Positions 11,804 to 23,072 of a stretch of DNA of 64,000 bases are shown here, in pieces. This stretch comes from Oculina patagonica (lineage: Eukaryota). The stretch lies in NCBI RefSeq assembly GCF_052425735.1, contig NC_135769.1, forward strand, positions 17,360,001 through 17,424,000. The letters are read 5' to 3'. Both the position numbers and the translations under genes were made by a program. Position 1 is the first letter of the stretch. Every line of letters starts with the position of its first letter. The notes under the pieces are model-generated. The model was not told where the DNA came from, did no database searches, and was given only the letters and a program-made list of their open reading frames with translations.

Positions 11804-12560
11804 GTAGTCTTCTACATGTTCTAGGGATTTTCGAATCCTTTACATCTAGGTCTAATTTTCGCACAGATTATGGTTAAGTCAATATTTAGCGGATTTATTG
11901 GACGAAAATTTTGGAATGAAATGGACACTAGGCTACCAACATATTCTGTAATATTTTATTTTGCCTTCCTGTATTTTTTACTACAATAGTCTGTTGTATT
12001 TACAAACCTCTCAAAGTTCTGATATGTAAACTTTTACTTAGCTTTTTTATTCTATTGTCTCTCTTAGTTATAGCTCTCAGAGTTATTTTAGATGTCCAGT
12101 TTCCATTTTCTAGTTTAGATAAAAAATGTTGTAAATAATCATATTTTAATTCATGTTACAAATAATTGGTTGTTGTTGCATGTTGTTGTTGCTGCTGACC
12201 ACAATTGGTTGTTGTTTCATGTTGTTCTTACTGCTGACCACGATCTGCAATTGAAGGAGCGAAAAAAATTGAAGATATAATCGAAACTCACAAAAAAATA
12301 GTGACAAAGGAATACAATATTAGAACAATTTTTTGCTTTCACTAACAACTTGTTCTTGAAAACCTTATTTACAAGGAAATTCGACCACAAATCGACCGAC
12401 AAAAACACAGACCTTCTTTTCCGTCTTTAGAGTCTTTGAGAGCGCAAGCATGGCAAAAACCGTGTTCAAAATTTTAAGTTCAAATGGATGTCAAAAAGGA
12501 TGTTGGGACAATACTACAAAAGCTACACGAAACCTCAAACTTCTTTCATCTTCCTACATT

Positions 12561-13778
12561 TCAATCATCCTCAATGTGGTCGTTACAGTCAGCATAAGGA
12601 ACAGCGCCAAACTCCTGGGCTGGTCGGAACAACTTTGTAGATCTCCACCAGTCCTCTAAATTATACCTCTCTAACAGTTCATATAAATTCTTCCAGAAAA
12701 TATATATCATATCATCAGCAACTAGAATTGGTCTGTCATAATCTCTGGCTTCTTTCCTGCTTGGTCTACATTTTGCGGACCATGGCTTAGGTGGATGGTA
12801 GCGTGGACCACCGGCAAAATGGAAAGAGTTCAGGGGTCTGTAGATAATGAGTCTGATGTTGAATGAAAAGGGTAGTGCCTTCCAGTTACCAGCATCAGCA
12901 TAATAATGCCACAGCAAAACTTGATCATCAGGACAAGTATCTATTTTTGTTGTTTCCAGCCACAGGTCCATAATTTCCTGGTAGTACTTGGTGTCTGGTC
13001 TGAAAACCAGGAGTCCTGCATTGAAGCATGGATCCACTATTCCTGGTCGGGCACAAGGTGCAGCAGCAAAGTCGTCTGGAATGTCGAACAGTCGATCAAT
13101 GTTTGTCATCAATATGTAATCAGCATCAACATAAATGATTTTGGAAAATTCTGTGTAGTTCCAGGCGTGGAATCGAGTGTGTGTTCCCTTTATTCTGTAT
13201 CCAAGTGGCTTCCCAAGCCACCCACTGTTGCGGTCACCACCCAATTTAGCATCCAGCCAGTTACAGTCCATTTCTTCAACCAAACGAGTGTTCCAACCAA
13301 CGCTTTGAAGCGCTTTCCGTGTAGCCTCGCTCACTGTTTCCGAAATTAACGCGATCATGTTCTTCTGGCAAGAAAACGTGCGTATTGAGTGACCAAGAAC
13401 CAACGCAGCGGAAGCAAAATTCTCGTCGACCACGATGGTCAGCCATGTAACGTCGCTTCTAGATTTCACGTTCTCTTTGCACCAATCTTGGCCAAAACGA
13501 CTTTCAATTTGATACATTCTCCATTCCTTGTGAGCCAACTCCATTTTGCTCTCCTCACGCCTCTGCTCATAATTCGTAGCTTCTGAAATAATCAACCTCG
13601 TGTATCTAAAGAAATACGCAAGAATGAGCGGTCTCCACACAACGAGAAAAATCACCACAGTTAAGATCGGAATGAGTGTTATGGCGAAGATTGTTCGACG
13701 GGTTCCTTTCTTTCTTGTTCGTACATTCTCCATAGTTTGGTGTGATTCGGATTGTTTACTTGACGAAGAACGTAACAT
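12561..13778 (-). CDS. GT8-family glycosyltransferase copy 2 (405 aa, protein identical to copy 1)
   Basis: Translation identical to 3741..4958. Confidence 0.9.
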   Translation of the reverse strand: MLRSSSSKQSESHQTMENVRTRKKGTRRTIFAITLIPILTVVIFLVVWRPLILAYFFRYTRLIISEATNYEQRREESKMELAHKEWRMYQIESRFGQDWCKENVKSRSDVTWLTIVVDENFASAALVLGHSIRTFSCQKNMIALISETVSEATRKALQSVGWNTRLVEEMDCNWLDAKLGGDRNSGWLGKPLGYRIKGTHTRFHAWNYTEFSKIIYVDADYILMTNIDRLFDIPDDFAAAPCARPGIVDPCFNAGLLVFRPDTKYYQEIMDLWLETTKIDTCPDDQVLLWHYYADAGNWKALPFSFNIRLIIYRPLNSFHFAGGPRYHPPKPWSAKCRPSRKEARDYDRPILVADDMIYIFWKNLYELLERYNLEDWWRSTKLFRPAQEFGAVPYADCNDHIEDD

Positions 13779-14438
13779 TTTTCAACGAATATCTCAATGA
13801 CGCAGGTTTATTTTTTTTTGGCGGAATCCACTAGCGTTGCGCACCATCGATCAGTCAGTCGTGTGCATCAGTCCGAGACATTCCTTCTTTTTCAAACTTT
13901 CTTCTCTTTTAAATATTTTAAGGTTCGTTGAAAGCGTAATCAAACACTGTAGGAAAACAAGAAATGGCACTAGCAACGTTTTAGGAAGTCTTTAATGATT
14001 TACGTAAATTAAAATTTTCAATTAAAAGTTTGTTCGCTGGTGAGAGTGGCGTGATCTTACTGCTCTGACGTCATATCCGTTTTTACACTAAGTAACAAAA
14101 TACAATGCTTATTGTTCAAATGGCCAGCTTTTTCATGAGAAAGTTTTGCACAAGATTTCACAGTTTTTATATAAATTCTGATACAACATAAATTTTAGCC
14201 AATCAGAGCGTGCGCAAAACTAAATCGTGAGAGAAATTATCACTTCCCGCGAAATCCCCACGAATTAGTGCCCAGGACTACTCGGACTTCGCATTGTGGG
14301 AAGAACGTGAATTTGCACATGTCTGTGATGTTTACAACGAGAACCTATTATCACCTGATTTTTCCTTGCTTACTCATGGAAAACTTATTGACCTACAACT
14401 TCCGGACTCGATACGTTGGAACTTAAGTCGTATACGGA

Positions 14439-14767
14439 ATGGAGCTATACGAGAGAATGCAAGAACGTACACATCGCGAGTATCATAAGGATCCGCGCCG
14501 GGATATTTTCGCGAATGGCGCCTTTCATGATGGCATTTCGACGGCCGCAGACAGTGACGAAAATTTGGCGCACAAAAAGGGTCTCAAAGAGCACAGTAGC
14601 GTTTATACGTTTGTATGGACGTTGCTGTTTGCGGTTGTTTTAATTGTGGAGAACATTTTTCACTTTAAACTCTTCGAAAACTGCCAAGCGTCTATCGTTT
14701 TCTACTGGTTGGAAAGTTGTGTTATTGCTCTGTTCTTCAGATTTTGGGGAAGAAAACGAGTCCGAAG
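14439..14767 (+). other. Second orphan duplicate of transporter exon 1
   Basis: Same translation as 5619..5947; donor AG|GTACGT intact. Confidence 0.75.
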
Positions 14768-17222
14768 GTACGTGAAATATAAGCTTAAAGTTCTTGGATA
14801 TTATTAGGGAAAGAGGGAAGACCTTCACTGTAGAAAACCCTGCCACCTGGAAGACTTGACCGAAAATTACGCTGCTTTAGAAGAGCAAGCTTAATAACAA
14901 TTGAATCATCGGGCAATATTTCTCGTATTTTATGTATTATTTATGAAGAATAACAAATCTCTAACGCCTGGTTCACATTTAATAACGGCAGAACGGCAAG
15001 GTCACGCAAACGCCAAACAACACAACAGGCGTAGTAATTAATCAATAGAAATCGATATCGAAAATCATTCGATACAATTCGATAGCACTCGATATTGATT
15101 AATAACAATCGAACTTACAGAAAAAATATTATTGATTTTTATCCATTAGCAATAATCCACAATTCATCTTGCCGGGTACACATGTAGTCGATGACAGTTT
15201 GGAGTCATGTTGTTTTAAGTATATGACTATTTTTATGGACTGAAGATGTCATTATTGCTATTATTTGATATGAATGTAGGTCATTTTGCCCTCAAGATGA
15301 TAAGCCCTTAACTTGGTCAGACTGATATAATTGCAGGATAATGCCCCAGTAATGCCCCAGGCCGACAGATTGTCCAAAAAATTGAACAGTTGGCAGAGAG
15401 GCGATGCTTCGAAGGCAACTGAAATTTGGAGGAAAATCTTTTAACCAAGGGCAGCAAGGGCCTTATCCTCCAGCATATCAGCCATAAAAGGGGTTTGTTT
15501 AATTTTTTACACCTCTGATTAACTTCTACAACATGTTTACCAGAACAATATTTCATTATTGTCCAAAGTCCAATATTCATGCTTTTTACCCTCTGATAAC
15601 CGTTACATACTCTCACGTCAAACACATCATGCGGACAAAATTGGGCAACATTATTAGGCAGCATGCCCCAGCATTATTCCCCAACATATCAGCAAACCAG
15701 AAATTTGTTTATCTTAAACACCTTTGATTAATTTCTGCGACAAATATTCAGCGTCCAAGAGCCAATATAATTGTCACTAACACTCACGTCAAATACATCA
15801 TGCGATACGAAATTAGACAATTAATATCAAGCAGCACGCCCCATCATTATCCTTCAGCAAATCAGCAAGCCAGAAAGTGGTTTGTTTATTTAATACACCT
15901 GTGATTAATTTCTACGACATGTTTAATAGACAATAAGGCCAAAGGCCAATATATTTGTGCTTTTAACCGAACGATTATTATTGTTACAAACTCTTACGTC
16001 AAACACATCATGCATTACAGATTGGACAATGAATATCAGGAAGCACACCCCATCTGATTTGACATCTTGCTCAATTTCATAGAAGAGAACAAAAACAATC
16101 ATGGTTATGATTTAAGGCCTATTTTTTTTAATCAAATCATGGTTAATGGCATGTCAAGAAATCTTTCAAGATTCAAAAAATCTACCAAAATATCCTTTTA
16201 AAGGATCTTTGGTAGGGGCTTGAAGATCTTGAACAGTCCTTCTCAAACTCATTAATACCATCATCAAATTAAAACAAAGAAAATCATAACCGTTAAGGAG
16301 ATTTGGATACCCAGTCTTTATTGGCATAGATTTTTACGATTTTATTTTTCCATTTACTCCATAGTTTTGGTTTTGATTGAGAAGATATATTAAGATGGAA
16401 TCCACTAGGAAGTCGAGTAATATTTATAAAAGTTGGACAAAAATCAAGTACCAGAATAATTTAAATCCTATTGCGTTATTTCCTACCCTTAATAAAAGAT
16501 AAAGATGTAAGTAATTATCCGTGATATACACCAACAACAATTTCTTATCAGAGTCTGAGAAAATGAATTTCAAAGTTCACAAGGTATAGGCAAAATCTCA
16601 CGTGTAGCCATTTTGGAAATTCGTCTTAAGCGATTCAGTGGAATTCAGCGGAACTTCGAAATTTGTTTTCGATGTTTGGTGTTGTTAGAAAAGATTTCTT
16701 TTGATAAGATATTTGAAGCAGTAACAAAAAATTTTGCAATAAGGTGGAAATAATTCTGGTACAACAATTTCTTATCAGAGTCTGAGAAAATGATATTCAA
16801 AGTTCACAAGCTATGGGCAAAAGCTCACATCTTTTAAGCAATTCATGGGAATTCAGTGGAACTTTGAAATTAGTTTTCGATGTTTGGTGTTGTAGAAAAG
16901 ATTTCTTTCGATAAGATATTTGAAGCAGTAACACAAAAGCTTGCAATCAGGTGTAAATAGTTTTGGTACATAATTTTGTCCAATAACTACTCGAAGTCCT
17001 GGCGGATTTCCTCTTAAACACTCAAGACAATGTTTCATCGGCTATCCAAAAACCTCTAATTTCATCAAAAAATACTCCGCTGCGCGTCGTATTTTCAACT
17101 CTCTTCTTGGTGTTTGGATATCCTGATAAAACACTGTCTCACCACAGTCACAAATAAATAGGGTGGCCCGCCAACACCAACGGTATTTGCATATCATCAC
17201 TAACCGTTAGTTGGCTTTAATC

Positions 17223-17713
17223 TAGGGTTGCAACGATACATTTTCTCACAATACGATACGTACCTCGATACAAGTGCCACGATACGATACACGATACGAT
17301 ACAACATTACATAAAACTGACAAGTGTTATAATTTTACTAATTTCTGTTGGTAACTCAGTTTTTTCCACTGTATCAGCAGCGAAACTTATTTGCAAAGTG
17401 AATTTTTCAGGAACCGCATGTTTTTGCTTGTGGGCACACAAGGCTGTGTCAGTCGACAACTAATTGTCGCATCTTTAAAGAATATATGATCGGAAGTGAA
17501 GCAGAATGGAACTTCCTTGTCCCACAGGTTAACAAATCGCTATTGAGGGCTTTGACTTGGGTTAAAAAACAGTAAAAACAGTAATTTCTGAAAGTTGCTG
17601 AAGAATATTTTATTGTTTCACGATACTGCGATATTTTGTTCAAATACCGATATTCGTATCTTGACAAAAAATATCGCGATTCACCGGTGCACCGGTGTAT
17701 CGTTGCAGCCCTA
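17223..17713. mobile_element. hAT-type MITE, duplicate
   Basis: Same TIRs and CTTTAATC TSD as 8403..8893. Confidence 0.85.
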
Positions 17714-19320
17714 CTTTAATCTCAGGAGGACTGGTATGCAGTTGGAAATACCAAGTTTTAATTTGGAATGGGAAGGTTGTCTGATACACCCAAAGTGAGA
17801 CGATTTGACTATAGCACTTATAATTAACAAATTGACTTGAATCAATCAAATTGTCAAAACTTTTCTGCCTTGATGTTGACCTGTTATTCTAGAATTCAAT
17901 TTCCGCAACAGTTAGAAAACATAGGGGATCCACAATAAGTTCTACAGGATCCAAGATTTGACTTATTTGAAGGCCAAGATTCAGGATTTTTGATGGAAAA
18001 GGGAGCGAGATTTGGGGTTGAAATAATGAACTGGACACATGAATTGGCGATTTTACAAGGCGAGATTCAGGACTCCAGTGACAAAAAATAATGTGGTTGC
18101 ATAGAAAATCAAGTTGTGATCTTCGTGAACACCGCAAAAAGCTGCACAAAGCATTTATTATGACTTACATGAGTTACCTGTATTTCCATGTGTGCCAGTT
18201 ACATGGGAAAAAAGAAATAAGCTTACAGCTTATTGTCGGTGACCAAAGACTTCAAGACCAGTGCCGAGTGCAACACCCACTGCAAGTCTTTTTATCCCCG
18301 GGGGGGGGGGGGGGGGGCACTCAACAAAGTTTTGTATGGGGAGGAGGCTCCGCCCCGAGGTCCAACCCCTTACTCTTTTATGTACCATTTTGACAGAAAA
18401 GGTACCCCTTTCATAAACCTTTTTTTTTTTTAAAAAGGTATCCTTTTCATATACCTACATGATATTACTTATACCTAAAACAGGAAGTCTTCCTGTCAAT
18501 TTTATGTAGCACTTAAAAAATTTGTTATTTTGATTTTCCTAAGCGAAGGAATAGTTCCAACGCTGTGGCATGCCATTTATGATATTAAAACCAAAAAGTT
18601 TCGGAACTCTATAGGTTTTAATATTTCGGCTTTTACTGTTCATGTAAGTAACGGATATGAAGACTGCAGAAACAACGATTCCAATGAACTGCCGAGTGAA
18701 CAGCCAAACATGTGCATAAGCACGTGAAAGGTCTGAACAAACAGACTGAGCAGACGAAGGTCGAAAGTGCAGAAAACCATCCATAAGACTGACTGACTAG
18801 AGGGTTTACTGACTAGATGGTAAAGAAAAAAGTCCTAATAGTTATGTTTGTGCAAGTAACCGACGCAATGAGTGGCTATGCTGGTTTACTTAGTAGTGAT
18901 TTGTTGTCCCTATTTAATTTTATCGTTTAGGTAAATTACCATTGTTAGTTTATAATAGTGAGCTCACTAATAAGTTTTCCTGGATCGGAGTAGATTGTCA
19001 TGAAAGCTCAGAAAGTCTGCCATTCTCGTCAGGGGCACAGTGACAGACCCCTTAGAGAGATCATTATTTCGCGAAGAGTAAGCTAGAAAAAAAGGGGGTA
19101 AGCGCGCGCGGGAAGACGTTACATTGATCTTTTATCCGTATTGTAACGTATCGATAAACTAAAAGCCAAATCAGGGTAAATCTCTCTAAACCACGTTTCA
19201 AACTGTGGTACCACAGCTGGCCCTACGTGGCTGAGCTAACTGTTTACAATCTATACCGATGAAACGTTTACAAAAAGTTCAAAACCCTAACCCTAACCCT
19301 AACCCTAACCCTAACCCTAA

Positions 19321-22300
19321 GGTTTCTAGCTAGTTGGTGTAATGTGCAAGGTAAGGCACTTTGTTAATACAAGAATACTTACTCAGCTTTATCAAACAAT
19401 TATTCCCCACTTTCTTTGTTTCTTATTGTTGTCTAGTTTGGGGCAAAACTTACAAAAACAGCGTTAAATAAATGTTACAAAAGAAAGCCATTTGTCTAAT
19501 AATGTTTATTCTCTCAACTTGATGCTCACACTAATGTTGTCATCGCCCAGTTCTAATAAGTAAACCCTCAAGGACCCTGGTCAGCCATTGTTTTTGTTTT
19601 ACATACGGGAATTTCGGTACTATATTTTTCGCGGAGCGTGTCTAAACGAAAGAGATCACTGTGAAACTGCTAAATTTTATTAAACAGACTTCCAGTAACA
19701 CAACTTACAGCAATGCAACAAGGTTTTGCTTCGCCGGACAATTTTTATAATTTCGATGGCATCGAAAATGGCGGAGGGTGACAAGGGTCCTTTCCAGGGG
19801 CGGATACAGGGGGGGTGGATAGGGTGGATATCCACCCCCCATTTTTCAGTAAAAAAAAATTCGAAATGTCACTTTATTTGAAATAGAAAATAAATAAATA
19901 AAGAAAAATTAACTCTCGCTCATGCTGGTTGTTGTTACGCCACGTTTCGCCGTCTGCCGCCACTTAGGGTTAGGGTTAGGGTTAGGGTTAGGCCCTAATG
20001 GTCTGCCATCCACCCCCCCCCCCTTTTGAAATCCTGGATCCGCCCCTGCTTTCACGATCTCATTTGACTCTAAATCTTTTATGTTATGCATCATCGACTT
20101 TCGATTTGGTAGTCTTCTACATGTTCTAGGGATTTTCGAATCCTTTACATCTAGGTCTAATTTTCGCACAGATTATGGTTAAGTCAATATTTAGCGGATT
20201 TATTGGACGAAAATTTTGGAATGAAATGGACACTAGGCTACCAACATATTCTGTAATATTTTATTTTGCCTTCCTGTATTTTTTACTACAATAGTCTGTT
20301 GTATTTACAAACCTCTCAAAGTTCTGATATGTAAACTTTTACTTAGCTTTTTTATTCTATTGTCTCTCTTAGTTATAGCTCTCAGAGTTATTTTAGATGT
20401 CCAGTTACCATTTTCTAGTTTAGATAAAAAATGTTGTAAATAATCATATTTTAATTCATGTTACAAATAATTGGTTGTTGTTGCATGTTGTTGTTGCTGC
20501 TGACCACTCTGAAAATAACATTTTCCCACGATCTGCAATTGAAGGAGCGAAAAAAATTGAAGATATAATCGAAACTCACAAAAAAATAGTGACAAAGGAA
20601 TACAATATTAGAACAATTTTTTGCTTTCACTAACAACTTGTTCTTGAAAACCTTATTTACAAGGAAATTCGACCACAAATCGACCGAGGCAAACACAGAC
20701 CTTCTTTTCCGTCTTTAGAGTCTTTGAGAGCGCAAGCATGGCAAAAACCGTGTTCAAAATTTTAAGTTCAAATGGATGTCAAAAAGGATGTTGGAACAAT
20801 ACTACAAAAGCTACACGAGACCTCAAACTTCTTTCATCTTCCTACATTTCAATCATCCTCAATGTGGTCGTTACAGTCAGCATAAGGAACAGCGCCAAAC
20901 TCCTGGGCTGGTCGGAACAACTTTGTAGATCTCCACCAGTCCTCTAAATTATACCTCTCTAACAGTTCATATAAATTCTTCCAGAAAATATATATCATAT
21001 CATCAGCAACTAGAATTGGTCTGTCATAATCTCTGGCTTCTTTCCTGCTTGGTCTACATTTTGCGGACCATGGCTTAGGTGGATGGTAGCGTGGACCACC
21101 GGCAAAATGGAAAGAGTTCAGGGGTCTGTAGATAATGAGTCTGATGTTGAATGAAAAGGGTAGTACCTTCCAGTTACCAGCATCAGCATCAGGACAAGTA
21201 TCTATTTTTGTTGTTTCCCGCCACAGGTCCATAATTTCCTGGTAGTACTTGGTGTCTGGTCTGAAAACCAGGAGTCCTGCATTGAAGCATGGATCCACTA
21301 TTCCTGGTCGGGCACAAGGTGCAGCAGCAAAGTCGTCTGGAATGTCGAACAGTCGATCAATGTTTGTCATCAATATGTAATCAGCATCAACATAAATGAT
21401 TTTGGAAAATTCTGTGTAGTTCCAGGCGTGGAATCGAGTGTGTGTTCCCTTTATTCTGTATCCAAGTGGCTTCCCAAGCCACCCACTGTTGCGGTCACCA
21501 CCCAATTTAGCATCCAGCCAGTTACAGTCCATTTCTTCAACCAAACGAGTGTTCCAACCAACGCTTTGAAGCGCTTTCCGTGTAGCCTCGCTCACTGTTT
21601 CCGAAATTAACGCGATCATGTTCTTCTGGCAAGAAAACGTGCGTATTGAGTGACCAAGAACCAACGCAGCGGAAGCAAAATTCTCGTCGACCACGATGGT
21701 CAGCCATGTAACGTCGCTTCTAGATTTCACGTTCTCTTTGCACCAATCTTGGCCAAAACGACTTTCAATTTGATACATTCTCCATTCCTTGTCGGCCAGC
21801 TCCATTTTGTTCTCTTCACGCCTCTGCTCAAAGTTCATAGCTTCTGAAATAATCAACCTTGAGTATCTGAAGAAATACGGAAGAAAGAGCGGTCTCCACA
21901 CAACGAGAAAAATCACCAGAGTTAAGATCGGTATGAGTGTTATGGCGCAGATTGTTCGACGGGTTCCTTTCTTTTTTTGTTCGTACATTCTCCATAGTTT
22001 GGGGTGATTCGGGTTGTTTACTCGACGAAGAACGTAACATTTTTCAACGAATACCTCAATGGCGTAGGTTTATTTTTTTGGCGGAATCCACTAGCACAGT
22101 ACTAGCGTTGCGCACCATCGATCAGTCAGTCGTATGCAGCAGTCCGAGACATTCCTTCTTTTTCAAACTGTCTTCTCTTTTAAATATTTTAAGGTCAGTT
22201 GAAATCGTAATGAAACATTTACGTAAATTAAAATTTTCAATTAAAAGTTTGGTCTCTGGTGAGAGTGGCGTGATCTCATGGGTCTGACGTCATATCCATT

Positions 22301-22620
22301 TTTACACTTGGTGACAAAATAAAAGGCTTATTGTTCGTATGGCCAGCTTTTTCATAAGAAAGTTTCGGACAAGATTTCACAGTTTTGATACAAATTCTGA
22401 TAAAACATAAATTTTAGCCAATCAGAGCGTGCGCAAAACTAAATCGTGAGAAGAATATCACTTCCCGCTAAATCCCCATGAATTAGTGCCCAGGACTACT
22501 CGGACTTCGCATTGTGTGAAGAACGTGAATTTGCACATGTGATGTTTACAACGAGAACCTATTATCACCTGATTTTTCCTTGCTTACTCATGGAAAACGT
22601 ATTGACCTACAACTTCCGGA
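19321..22620. repeat. Duplication unit 3 (short, 3.3 kb; lacks the LINE insertion and ends just before the transporter ATG)
   Basis: Homology to unit 1 runs from GGTTTCTAGC to AACTTCCGGA (22620), followed by ~58 bp of unrelated sequence and the start of unit 4. Confidence 0.85.
20849..22040 (-). pseudogene. GT8 glycosyltransferase copy 3, probable pseudogene
   Basis: +1 frameshift in an A-run at ~21972-21978, and a 27-bp in-frame deletion at ~21189 that removes DQVLLWHYY (CPDDQVLLWHYYADAG becomes CPDADAG), including the conserved DQ motif. Confidence 0.8.
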
Positions 22621-23072
22621 TCTTATTCCCCCCGGATGATAACGACGATCCAATTTGGGGGCTCTGGCTCATGGACTATAAGTAATGTTTGTACTCCTGC
22701 TTATTTCGCCCTGTTTATTTTGCCCTGTTGATGAAAACGGAAGCTTTGATTCTGTGATCGACTGTAATGTAACCAACTTGCTAAACTAGGCTCAGCCATT
22801 GGACAGATTATGTTCAGCAAATACCAAAAGAGGTTTCTAGCTAGTTGGTGTAGTATTTAGCAAGATACTTTGTTAATACAAGAGTACTTACTCAGCTTTA
22901 TCACACAATTATTCCCCCATTTCTTTCTTATAGTTTTCTAGTTTGGGGCAACACTAACAAAAACAACATTGAACCCTTTAAATAGATTTTACATAAGAAA
23001 GCCATCCGTCTAATAATGTTTATTCTCTAAACTTCATGTTACGTTAGTCTTCTCATTGCCCAGTTCTAATTA

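Larger units (their letters stand above)
10499..19320. repeat. Tandem segmental duplication unit 2 (8822 bp)
   Basis: Near-identical to unit 1, including all nested elements and the junction filler (18523..19320). Confidence 0.95.
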
